A DNA stretch of 63,793 nt, the filler included, from Hausera hauseri (taxonomy: Eukaryota), in assembly GCA_046269625.1 (NCBI GenBank). It is 11 parts of 11 records of this genome, joined end to end, with 100 filler letters (N's around TTAATTAATTAA, not from the genome) between each part and the next. Parts side by side here need not be neighbours in the genome. Positions count along the whole stretch, not along the records: positions 11,626 to 15,749 come from JBJURY010746876.1; positions 15,850 to 20,153 come from JBJURY010646775.1; positions 20,254 to 25,948 come from JBJURY010204857.1; 8 more parts are not named here. One strand, given 5' to 3'. The notes under the pieces were generated by a model. It did no database searches. It was not told the origin of the DNA and saw only the letters and a list, made by a program, of their open reading frames with translations. Shown piece by piece: positions 11,643-22,487 of the stretch (the stretch's first letter is position 1; every line of letters begins with the position of its first letter). The translations under genes and the position numbers were made by a program.

Positions 11643-12008
11643 TTAAGAATACCGTATCCACTTTTTTTGTTTACATAGTACACACAAAAACTGACAGTCT
11701 CGTACTTTGTCCATTATTTGCTCTTTCAAGTTCTTTAATTCACAGCGTACTTTTTCAACAGTATTATAGTAATTTGTATCATACAATCGGTAAATGTACA
11801 TTTGATTTAACACAATAATTAGATTTTCTATAGAGCTGCAATCGGTTGCTGTCATCAATGCTATTGACGCTAAAGCTTCTTTAAATCCAAAATCACCTGC
11901 TGCTCTCGCAACCAAATCACTATAAAGTACTTGCCACCATCGTACCAAGTCTGAAATTGATAATCCATCAAAATTTTGCAATTGCTTTAATTGATTAACT
12001 ATTTCCAT
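11643..12008 (-). CDS. Hypothetical protein, probably Polinton accessory
   Basis: 121-aa ATG-initiated ORF ending in CQFLCVLC. No motif recognised. Confidence 0.4.
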   Translation of the reverse strand: MEIVNQLKQLQNFDGLSISDLVRWWQVLYSDLVARAAGDFGFKEALASIALMTATDCSSIENLIIVLNQMYIYRLYDTNYYNTVEKVRCELKNLKEQIMDKVRDCQFLCVLCKQKKWIRYS

Positions 12009-12136
12009 GATGATTATTATTATTACTATAACCTGCCCGTATTTATAGTTTTGAATAATTCAACTGAACAATACGGCTAAACATGTCACAAACCTTATTT
12101 ACAGAAAGAAAGAAAGAAACAGAGAAATACATTTAT

Positions 12137-12397
12137 TTATTTGCATGAAATACAGTTAATACAAAGCCGTAGACATTTTTTGTAAGCACAATGCTGTCCA
12201 TAATCACGATACCGACATCTAATATTGTCAGTTACTATCGCCAGCGAGCTATTCGATGTTGAATACGCCGTAATTCGTAACTCGGGAAAGTGTGAATGTA
12301 GTTGTATAAACTTTTGTCCGTCAATTGAATCTTTAATGTAAAATATTGTATTTTCAATGCCAAAACGATCACAAATCTCTTCCATAATACACGCCAC
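12137..12397 (-). CDS. Hypothetical Cys-rich small protein, probably Polinton accessory
   Basis: 86-aa ORF with C-terminal Cys/His cluster (CRY..HCAYKKCLRLCINC). Confidence 0.35.
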   Translation of the reverse strand: MACIMEEICDRFGIENTIFYIKDSIDGQKFIQLHSHFPELRITAYSTSNSSLAIVTDNIRCRYRDYGQHCAYKKCLRLCINCISCK

Positions 12398-12454
12398 ACA
12401 AAACGTTGAACTGCCATTATACCAATGGAGTCCATGAGGATGTCAAAAGAGAAA

Positions 12455-12866
12455 TGTCACCAACGTTATTGTCATTGACGATTTAATTCAGTAAGCCGCG
12501 AAACAATCAAAGTTCAACAACCTGTTCACGACGATTGCACGACACCGTGGTGTGACGGTCATTTTCATTACGCAAAACATGTTCCATCAGGACGGACAAC
12601 ATCGAACAAGAAATCTAAACGTACACTATTTGGTGTTGTACAAAATTCCTGGTGATCAGACTATCATTGATTATGTTGCAAGACAAGCATTTCCTCACAA
12701 CCGAGCCTACTTGATATATGCATATCACGATGCTACGAACAAACCGCATGGATATCTGTTTATTGACTTTACACAACAGTGTCCCGATTACATGCGAGTA
12801 CGCACAGACATTTTCAATCAGAAAGGTGAACATGTCTATAAACAAATTCGAAAATTGACGATATGA
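12455..12866 (+). pseudogene. Polinton A32/FtsK-like packaging ATPase, C-terminal half
   Basis: VIVIDDL (Walker B), FTTIARHRGVTVIFITQN, NVHYLVLYK, KPHGYLFIDF. The Walker A half is missing. Confidence 0.88.
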
Positions 12867-13085
12867 TTGTGATAAAATGACGAATTTCCGAAAAACAGTT
12901 GTTAAACAAACCTATCAAGCGGGTGTGCGGCAAGAAGCGTGTATCAAAGCGAACCGCTACAGTCAAGCGATTAATCAATTCTGTGCTTTGAACAACAGCA
13001 GCAGCAGCACCTAGACGCAAATTACCGTCACAGTGGCAACGGTTATAAACAACTACGTCTCAGCATCAATACGTCCACAGAAAAC

Positions 13086-13420
13086 ATGCGATTCAAACGT
13101 AGTCAGCCGTACTTTATTTCTTTGGTCAAGGCACCTACGAGACATAAGCGAAACATGCTGCGATCATTCCCGCAATTTGTAGTATACGATTTGATGGAAA
13201 TTTTATGCAGTATTGTTGTGGGTCACGTTGACATTGGTAGTGGAAAGCGAAATTTACTAAAGTGTAGAAAACGACTCATTGGCCTTGCCATCGCCTGTCG
13301 TAAATGACTGAAACTAGAGGTCATGTACCAGCAAGATTGTGGATTCCTTGGTGCAATTTTACCGATTTTCACGTCGTTACTGGGTGGTCTCATCGGTACT
13401 GCAGCAGCATAATATAAACA
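13086..13420 (+). pseudogene. Small basic Polinton protein with C-terminal GGFLG-type amphipathic segment
   Basis: ORF 13086-13307 continues past a TGA as ...YQQDCGFLGAILPIFTSLLGGL, the pattern of the small gene next to the ATPase in Polintons. Confidence 0.6.
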
Positions 13421-13549
13421 ATGACGGTAAGTATATGATGATTGGGCGATATGGGTGCACGGTTTTTATCATTTTGCCCCAGTTTGCCGAATTTTTCATT
13501 TACGTTTCGTTCTAATTGCTGTAATTCTAACAAAAACGACATCATCGAC

Positions 13550-14561
13550 GACCACGATTGGTGACGTGTGGTTCGAACCGCATTATCCAGTCGAGTATAC
13601 TGGCGTCGACAAACTGGCAAAGACTTACAAACAGGCTCAGCAACAGAACCTATGTTGGCTCGGAAAACAGTTAGCATACAGCCTAAACAAACCGAAGAAG
13701 GCTGCCGGTGTAAATAACGTATGGCAAATGGATCTAATGGAAATGATTCCGTACACCAGCATCAACGATCGGTATCGGTACGTGCTGACATGTATTGATG
13801 TGTTTAGTCGTTTTTCACGTGCAATTGCTGTGAAATCTAAATCCGGTAAAGATATTCCCGACGCTGTTCAGACACTGATACAATAACAACAACAGCCGAA
13901 GCATTTACAAACGGATTTTGGTAAGGAATTCTACAACGCCTACGTTGCAGCAGTCTTGAAACGGTTCGGCGTAAACCACTACTCCGTGTTTTCCCAATAC
14001 AAGGCTGCACTCGTTGAACGATTTAATCGAACGTTGCGCGGTCTCGTAAACAAATTCTTTAGGAAACAAGGCAACGAACGCTGGATATATGTACTACCTG
14101 ATATTATTCATGCATACAAGCATTTGACACATCGTGGTATCAATGGATTACGGCCAGTTGACGTAATCGATGATTTGAACATGTGGCTTTATCAAAGCCG
14201 AACATAACGACAGGCAGTTAAACGCCAAAAATATAAAATCGGTGCTTACATACGTATTTCGAAAATAAGTACGACGCCTTTTATTAAGAATTTTAATCAG
14301 AACTGGAGCGACGAGGTTTTCCGCATTTAGGCAATCAACACAAAACAAACACCTGTCATGTATGTTTTAGAGGACGAAAACTGTGAGGAAATATGCGGTA
14401 AATTCGACGAACAGGAAATGCAGGTTCTGCCCAAGAAATCCGAGGTATATAGTATTGAGGAAATTCTACATTCACGTGGCAAAGGTTCGAATAAACAATA
14501 TCTCATCAAGTGGCACGGATACACTACACCGAGTTGGATTTTTACATCGCAGATTGAGTGA
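13550..14561 (+). pseudogene. Polinton rve integrase with C-terminal chromodomain
   Basis: WQMDLMEM, YVLTCIDVFSR, LQTDFGKEFYN, LVERFNRTL; YSIEEILHSRGKGSNKQYLIKWHGY. Confidence 0.93.
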
Positions 14562-15617
14562 TGAGCATTTATTTGATACTTGATAGTAACAGATTATAAG
14601 AACATGATAACAACAATAACAATACCGCTGAACTGTTTACCATGGCCTTGTATCAGCCAGGAAGCCAGGGAAGTGGCTTTGGCGGAATTCCCGTTCACAT
14701 TTTTACCAATAATAATACGTGAGAACAGTGGAATATACTATACCCTAGTAAGACAATTTCCTGCATCTAGTCGTTTGCAGTTAGTCCGAGACTCTAATGA
14801 AACATTTCACGTTCGCAATTACCAACCGCAATATTTCCCGGTTTATATTTTCTATTTAAACAATCGATTGGTGCTAAAACACAAACATCCGATTGAATTG
14901 CAATTTAAATCACTGGCCGATGCTCAGGTATGGGTTTTTCAATCATCAGCCAATGTGCGCTCGAAAGGTCTACAGCTCGGTGGACGGAGTATAATTAGTG
15001 AAAAATTAAACTTTTCCACTGCGAAAACCACCGATATTACAGTGAACTGGCAAAAGACTGAATCATTCTTTTAATCTCATACAACAGGAATTGGTTTTTT
15101 TACGGAAACGGAAACAGAATTGTGTGCAACCATCAAGGCAGTAGATTAATTGGCTCTCAAAACATTTGAGTTAAACTCTAATGATCGTATTTCGTTTACA
15201 TTACATGATAATGTTACATATTTTGCTTTTTATAAAGTATTGGCACGGTATCTGTGTTTTAAGAAACAAGAATTCGGTCAAACCGGCGGCGGCGGACGGT
15301 CCATTGTTTCTAAACATAAACCACGTCTCTACGAAGCATTTCATCTAATCAATATTTTAACGGATCTAACCGAACCCGTATATGTTGGCGGAGACAATAA
15401 ACAACTGTTGGCTTCTTTTGGACTGGATTCGGACACGTACAAAACACCGGACGAAACTGCTCATAAAAATATCATCCGGCCCATGTATTTATCGTTGTCT
15501 TACAATGTTGTACACAGTATTTCCGTGCATATAGTAGACGAATTTTGGAAATCCATCAAATTTCTGTTCGGAGCCAAGACACATTTGGTGCTACATTTTC
15601 GTCGTCGTAGTCGATAA
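14561..15617 (+). pseudogene. Minor capsid (penton-like) protein, copy 1
   Basis: MSIYLILDSN..., EVALAEF, ILTDLTEPVYVGGDNKQLL, PMYLSL..VVHSISVHIVDEF..IKF..THLVLHFRR. Confidence 0.8.
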
Positions 15618-15659
15618 TAAACAAACTGCGTCATCACCATTATCATCATCATCGAGATC

Positions 15660-15749
15660 ATGAGTATTTACGTGGTGTTGCCGAGCAACAGTTGTCCGAC
15701 GACTCGTCCGAACAATTCAGCCAGTGAATACGTTGTAGATTGGAACAAT
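15660..15749 (+). CDS. Minor capsid (penton-like) protein, copy 2, N-terminus only
   Basis: MSIYVVLPSNSCPTTRPNNSASEYVVDW, a typical penton LPSNS..PxN start. Runs off the contig. Confidence 0.78.
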
Positions 15750-16065
15750 NNNNNNNNNNNNNNNNNNNNNNNNNNNNNNNNNNNNNNNNNNNNTTAATTA
15801 ATTAANNNNNNNNNNNNNNNNNNNNNNNNNNNNNNNNNNNNNNNNNNNNTTCATAGTAACATATGTACAGACTGTAATCAGTAATATACATACTATTCTG
15901 CCAACGAAAAATCATGGTAACATTTTGTTTCGCGTGACATTTACGTTATTTTTAAGAACTACTGTACGTATGCATGCTTCATGTTTTTAAAATGAAACTT
16001 AAATATTCTCCACGATTTCTGATTTCGAAATTTTTGTAACATTTTGGTCAGAGAAGGGTTTATTG

Positions 16066-16127
16066 TTTTTTCATTGTTCGCTCAAACTTTTGCTATAGTT
16101 TTGCATCGCTCCTTAAGAGTTACTGGA
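16066..16127 (+). repeat. ~62-bp imperfect direct repeat, second copy at 19650-19711
   Basis: TTTTTTCATTGTTYGCTCAAASTTTTGCTATAGTTTTGCA..GCT.CTTAA.AGT.ACTGGA at both sites. Confidence 0.85.
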
Positions 16128-16189
16128 GTCCCACTAAGTTTAAAATGAACTGTAAATATTTACTGTAAATTTTTAATGAAACAGTTAAT

Positions 16190-19100
16190 CTTAACCCGAC
16201 CCGAGAACTTAGAAAAAACTTTGCAGTTAGCTCAAGACCTATAAATGGCAATAGATAGATATGTCAGACAAAATGATAGGAACGACAACCATGGTAGGGA
16301 TAATAGACGAGTTAATAATAACAGAAATCAGAATGATAATAATGACTATAGAAATAACCGCTATAATAACAGAAATTTTGGCAATGACGGAAATGCGAAT
16401 AATTTAGCTAATAAGTCAAATTTTAGCACAGATAGAAATCAAGATAGTTATAGAAGCTTAAATAATGGAAACCTGCATAATGATAGTCGACAAAATGGGG
16501 ATAATAGACAAGGTCCGTCGAGTGAGAATAATAGAAATATGAGCGGGTTAAAGTCACCTGTAAATGAAGACGGTTGACATAGAGTCGGCAGAAATGACAA
16601 TTTAATTTGCTATGCATGCGGTAAGGAAGGACACATTGCAAGATCATGTCCAAATCTACTTAGCGTCGCATTCGTCGAGACTCACAAAGCTAGTATAATT
16701 AAGACTAACGAAAATTTGGAAGCGATTTATGGCACTCGAGGTGACACAAGTATGTTTATTGAAATGCAAGATTTACGGAGACATATGAAGAATCAAGGCG
16801 AGACTAATAAACTAGAAGTTTTAAAAGTTTAAAAAAAATATGAAAATAAACTATGATTAATGGAAATGTACCATGTGCTTACAGAGCCACAAACAGATTA
16901 CGAATATACTACATCACCAAAATGAACAGATATAGCACGGGAAAAGTATATTCCAGCAATAAAAAACAACCCGGATAAACCGGATGAACCGAAGACGTCA
17001 ACTGAAGTAGACTTGGATGCAGAATCCGAATATACGGTGGAAAAGGTAAACAAAAACCCGGAAGTGGATACAGACGAAAAGGAACTTATGGAACCTCTAA
17101 TACTCAATATAACGAAATATAGAGGACGGAGTCCCTCAATTAAACCAAAATGCAGAAATCGTTCACGATCTCCAATGACTAAGGAAAAAATAGAGAAAAT
17201 AAGAGGGACGGAAATCTCTGCAAAATGCGACGTAGAATTTAGTCTAAATACACCAGAACTCGGTTCGAATACACCTGTTGGAATAGAAGAATTAGCGAAA
17301 CCAGTAAATGAAATAAACGACATATGCCCACTATCTACTAATAAAGAGAAAACAGAACAAACCGAGAAGTTCGATCAGAAAAAGTGGAAGTTCAGGAAAT
17401 CGTGGAAAAACGCCAATGAACTAAGGAAAATGAGAATTCGCTGTCACGATCCAGGTGTATTACAGCAAAACCTAGAAAAACTTAAGCAGATCGCCGAACA
17501 AATAGATATATCCGGTAAAGAACAACAGTTTGCCGAAGAACTGTATAAAAGTTTGAAATTATGCAGCGAAGAGAAACTCGACGAAGCAATTGACTTAGAA
17601 TACCCTGAAGAAATACCTATAAAAGTATTAGCAAATTGCAAACATGGATTACAGTCATGGGTAAAAAGTGGGGTTGAATTTTCAGAAACACGGAGTAAAA
17701 AAGAGGACAGTGTCGATGTTAAAGCGAATAAAGCATAATTTAGAGCAAGCGATGGAAGGAATTAGGTCTGCAATGATTAATCGACTTAAGGAGAAACCGG
17801 TTAATGAACGGAATAAAAACCTCACCTAAACAATGCAAGAATATAGAAACTCGCATTAAAACCGGAAACGAAAATCAATCACAAGTTTAAAATTTAAGAA
17901 ACCGCATTATGTTTGTAATCAACAGATCATGAGTTTTATAAAAGGCCCAGACGACGAATTAAAAGATGCTTATAAAACACTAGACAACTAAAGCAATGGT
18001 CCGAATTAATATTGAAACTGAGTCAGGTAGTGAAAAGTTACATAAAAGAATTCTTAAAGAGTGAACTTATAGTGAAGTAACAATTGGGAGAAATTTCACG
18101 AAATTGAGATACAGTGAGAGCGGGGGTAGATATCCGGAAGCAAATTAATACACTACAACAACTAAAAATTATGGATAAGAACAAAGAGATGGTGTTAATG
18201 AACGAAATATATAAAATGATTGAAGGAACAGATTTTCAGACAAGACAAAACATGACTTGTGACCTCTATCCGAAATTAAGGAATGTTCATTTAGAAGGAG
18301 TCCAACAATTAGCCGCAAAACCCGTAAACGAAATTGCAATTCAAGAAGTAAAACTATTAGACATCTGCCCCGATAATGAACTGACAATAGAAGAAGCACT
18401 GAAATTTCTACAGGACCTTCATGAATGTGTCCCAGGGTCAGATCAAAAATGGCATACTGAATCAATAGAGATAATGGAAGATTACCGATTTACTTTCGGG
18501 GAAACTAGTTTCATAAAGAAATTAATTGAAGAAATCGATCCGGACTCCAAAATTTTAAAACATATGAGTAGATTAACGTCATTGTTAGTAGAAATAGTGG
18601 AAATCAACGATGAAAAAATGAGACAATTGCAAAGTTGGATACATCAAACTCAGAAACCCCAATTCGTACTGACCAAAGAGAAGCAGAAATAGACGAACTA
18701 ACTAGAGAATTTAACGCATACATAAATAAATCCGCTCTTATCGAATCGGAAATAGCCAAAAAAGCAGAATTCGTACAAAGATGGCAGCGAGATGTAACCT
18801 CCTACTTAACTCATTAACCACAAAAAAGACTTATTCAGGCAGACAAACTTTGTCAGTTGCTAACTTTGTTGCATCAAGTTTCCGGCAATTGACTCTGTTT
18901 TCGGATGAAACAAATGGTCAAAATGCAACAAAAATTACGCGAAGTAAGAGAAAGGGTACAAAATGCGAATGTAATCCAATAATCCGGGATCCCTATTGAC
19001 TATGGGCTTCTAGAAAATAGGCCCAGAATTCTATGCGTATTTCGATGTAACAGTTGCCGAAAATCAGAAAACCCCAGTACATCTGTATGAAACAGAAATG

Positions 19101-19633
19101 TACCCACAGAATTGGAAATTCAATGTGGAGATGCTTCTGAATTCAGCGCTAATTGAAAAGGATTTAATTGAACTAATTAACGTAAATATAACTGAAAATA
19201 GGTTAAGACAACTTATTCCTACTCTAACTAGCGATAACACAATTTATATCTCTGTGCCAAAACTTCTTATAAAAATACGCTAAAATCTTAAAGACTAAAC
19301 CTGAGGTGATGCTAAAAGTGAAGGTGTCATTTGAATGAATGAATGAAAAAGAATGCGAGTTTACAACGCATACCTCTGTGGGGACGTAAGGCAGTGGTTA
19401 ATAAAGAACGGTGGTGGAAACTTACTAAACTATAAACTTTATTTTAGAGACAGTGTATTTGACGAATTAGAATAACGAATAGACGTTGGGATTATCCCAG
19501 ATGAAACAAATCGAATAGTGGCAATAGTCACTAATGAACAGACTAAAGAAGAAGCCATGAGAAAGGCTAAAACTGGCCTATGTGTAGGACAAATCGTGAG
19601 AGTCGGATGCGCTGCAATGGAACCGAAATGTGG
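16190..19633 (+). pseudogene. gag: Gypsy gag C-terminus (N-rich tract, CCHC knuckle) followed by about 3 kb of unknown charged domain X
   Basis: CYACGKEGHIARSC at 16608-16649. Collinear with 31859-33340 (-) and 37790-39523 (+). No protease follows the knuckle. Confidence 0.85.
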
Positions 19634-19783
19634 TTTTTGTTATTTCATATTTTTTCATTGTTTGCTCAAAGTTTTGCTATAGTTTTGCACTGCTTCTTAA
19701 TAGTGACTGGATAAAATTTAGTTAGATAAGAGAATAGGGAGAAAATGGCGGTTCAGGCCCACCCCGGGGGATTGATAAATCGA

Positions 19784-20100
19784 TTTTGCACATGTGCCGA
19801 TCGATAGTGCATACTGTGCACTATCGATCCATAAAGTGCCTAGCAATGGTGCCGCTAGGCACCGTTGCTAAGGGCACTTTTGTACTTTACACTTATCGAT
19901 CGCTGCACAGTTCACTATTGATCGAATTGATCGGACAAAGTGCTAGTCGATAGAGCACATCAAGGTGCATAGATTGGTGCACAGTGCAAGTGTGCAGCAC
20001 ATGTACAAGTGTGCAAAAATTATTAATATTGGATTTTCGAGATTTTTAAAATCGATCATTAGGGTTCGGGACCGGATGCAATCGGTAGTGCACTTGATGT
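19784..20100. repeat. Cluster of inverted repeats / hairpins
   Basis: Perfect 13-bp stem GATCGATAGTGCA/TGCACTATCGATC (19799-19829) and a nested ~21-bp stem at 19833-19880. Confidence 0.8.
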
Positions 20101-20253
20101 TGTATATGAATGTGCAGTTAGAATTTAAATCGATTGATTGGTTTTCGAATAATNNNNNNNNNNNNNNNNNNNNNNNNNNNNNNNNNNNNNNNNNNNNTTA
20201 ATTAATTAANNNNNNNNNNNNNNNNNNNNNNNNNNNNNNNNNNNNNNNNNNNN

Positions 20254-20375
20254 GGTCGAACGCCTTCTCCAAGTCCACAAAACACATGTAGACTGGTTGA
20301 GCGAACTCCCATGCACCCTCCAGGACCCTGGTGAGGGTGTAGAGCTGGTCCGCTGTTCCACGACCAGGACGAAAA
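20254..20375 (-). mobile_element. RTE-clade (Expander/Rex3-like) LINE RT fragment
   Basis: Translates as FRPGRGTADQLYTLTRVLEGAWEFAQPVYMCFVDLEKAFD. Confidence 0.88.
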
Positions 20376-20891
20376 ACTGGAGGTTATGAATATAACCAAT
20401 GTTCCCTGAGGGAAGGGAACGAGGTACAACACATGAGTATGGGGATTGCGCCCTCGCGAGACCAACCTGAAGAAGTTTCTTTCAACACGCCTGTCAAGGC
20501 CAATGAGATTGCTGCCCGCATCTACAGGAGGCTCCGCCCTCCTGTATAAAATATGCGGCGCAGTCTCATTTCCTCAATCTTTTTGCACTTCACCTCGCTT
20601 AACCTGATAACAGATCTCACGTAGCTGACTTAACTGTCCGACTGGAGGTGAGCTTGCTCCCTGCCCAGGGCGTCACTACAAGCTGAGATTCTGTCTCTCT
20701 GCTGGTTTAGCCTGCTAACCTGCAACGATTTTCTGCTCTCTGGTCTTCTGGCTCGTTTAGCTTGCTAACTTGCAGAAGCCACTCTCACCCCTGTTTAGCT
20801 TGCTAACGCGGGAAGGAATTTTAATAGCAGAACAACTCTTCGCCTGTTTAGCTTGCTAACTGGCAAAAACAACCACTCTTCCTGTATCCTA

Positions 20892-22487
20892 ATGGCGCCA
20901 GAGAAGAGCAAGAAAACTATCCGAGCCGCTAGCAAAGCTAGCAAAGCTGTTAGCACTGGTTCACGCGCGTGTCCAGGTGCTTGCGGTTTTTTCCTTTCGG
21001 AGAAGGATACCCATGACGCTTGTCCAGTGTGTCTCGGCATGTTGCATGCGAAAGCTGCACTTGCTAACCCGGAGTCGTGCCCGCACTGCAGCCGACTCCG
21101 TAAATCGACCCTAGAGAGGCGGGTGGGATTCCTCACTAAGTTGCTGGGAAATTCAGCAGCAGCCAGAGATTCGCTGCTGTCTGAAACTCTCGAACCAACC
21201 TCGGAATTGGAATCCGAGGGGATGGAGGACAGCGCCTCAGCGCTGCCTTGGGGCGACCAGATGGAGGAGCTCCTTCCCATGGAAGACTTGGGGGAGGATC
21301 TAGCCAGGTTCGGCATGCAGCCCATGCTTCATGCAGACGACGAGGTCTCTCTGACAGCCTCAGGTGGCCTCTCTGAAGATGAAACCGGCACTGGCGAGGA
21401 TGCTGAAGAGCTCTCCCAGGAGGCGGTGGAAGCACCTGTCGCAGCGGACGGATCCACCTCAGCCCTGTTCGAGCTGTGTCGCAGAGCGGCCGAGCGTCTC
21501 GACGTGCCGTGGCCCGCCCCACCACCGCGACAACGCCAAACAAGACTCGCAGGAAACTATTTTCTTCCGAAGATGCAGACTTCGGTGAAACATAAACTGC
21601 CCATTTTTCCGGATTTTTTGACGGAACTGACACGATCCTGGGCATCCCCCAAGGCGCCGCTGTCATTACCTTTTGCCCAGTTTCTGGACCTGGAGGATAT
21701 GGAACCAGCGGGTCTGACACACATCCCTCCCATGGATGAGACACTGGCGGCCCACTTAGCTCCCAAGCCAAATGCTTCTTCAAGTAAGCCCACTCTTCCC
21801 AGCAAGCAGTGTCGGTTCTCTGCCGCACAGCTAGAGAAAGTTTACCGCGCCCAGGGTCTCTGTGCGCGCGCGCTGAGCACCGCCTCTATGCTGCAGGCCT
21901 ACCAGGCGGAGCAGCTACAGGAGCTGCATGAAGCACTGCAGAACGAGGAGAGTTCCGCCAGACTGCTGGATGAGGCGCGCAGGACGGCTGATTTTATCCT
22001 CCGGTTGTCCAGCACAGCAGCTGTCGCGCTGGGAAAAAGCATGTCTGAAGCGGTGATCGCCCAGCGGCACTTGTGGCTCACCCTCACAGAGTTGCCGGAG
22101 GGCCAGCGCTCAGATTTTCTCCATCAGCCTGTTGAAGCTACAGGATTGTTTGGACAAGCCCTGGAGAAGATACAGACCCGCTGTGATCAAAGGAGAAAAC
22201 AGGAAGAAGCCCTGCGACTGGGGATGCCCAGACGGCAATTTTCTCAGTCCAGAGCCCCAAGTGAGCACAGGAACGCACCTCCGCGTCAGCGCTCCCTGTC
22301 CCGACGCCCCGCGCAAAAAAGACCTTCGCCGGAGTCCGAGCCACATCAGCCGCTTCCCTCTGCGGTTCAGCGTGGGCGTTCACAACCCGGACAACCTGCG
22401 TGGTCCAAGCACCGCTTTGTCCCCAGACAAGCAGGGGCGCCAAAGCCTTCATCGGCGGTGAAGGAGAAAAAGCAGCAGTCGGCCTAA
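20892..22487 (+). CDS. DIRS ORF1 (Gag-like, N-terminal Cys/His finger, LAP2alpha-like region)
   Basis: CPGACG..DTHDACPVCLG..H...CPHC; RHLWLTL; GLFG. First ATG at 20892. Confidence 0.9.
   Translation: MAPEKSKKTIRAASKASKAVSTGSRACPGACGFFLSEKDTHDACPVCLGMLHAKAALANPESCPHCSRLRKSTLERRVGFLTKLLGNSAAARDSLLSETLEPTSELESEGMEDSASALPWGDQMEELLPMEDLGEDLARFGMQPMLHADDEVSLTASGGLSEDETGTGEDAEELSQEAVEAPVAADGSTSALFELCRRAAERLDVPWPAPPPRQRQTRLAGNYFLPKMQTSVKHKLPIFPDFLTELTRSWASPKAPLSLPFAQFLDLEDMEPAGLTHIPPMDETLAAHLAPKPNASSSKPTLPSKQCRFSAAQLEKVYRAQGLCARALSTASMLQAYQAEQLQELHEALQNEESSARLLDEARRTADFILRLSSTAAVALGKSMSEAVIAQRHLWLTLTELPEGQRSDFLHQPVEATGLFGQALEKIQTRCDQRRKQEEALRLGMPRRQFSQSRAPSEHRNAPPRQRSLSRRPAQKRPSPESEPHQPLPSAVQRGRSQPGQPAWSKHRFVPRQAGAPKPSSAVKEKKQQSA

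Larger units (their letters stand above)
11626..15749 (+). mobile_element. Polinton/Maverick (adintovirus-like) endogenous element, decayed
   Basis: Packaging ATPase, rve integrase with chromodomain and penton-like genes in one cluster. Confidence 0.9.

Noticed and set aside
20700-20862. Four GTTTAGCYTGCTAAC motifs in the DIRS leader
   Set aside because: TAGC/GCTA-rich motifs are common in teleost promoter-proximal DNA; not distinctive alone.
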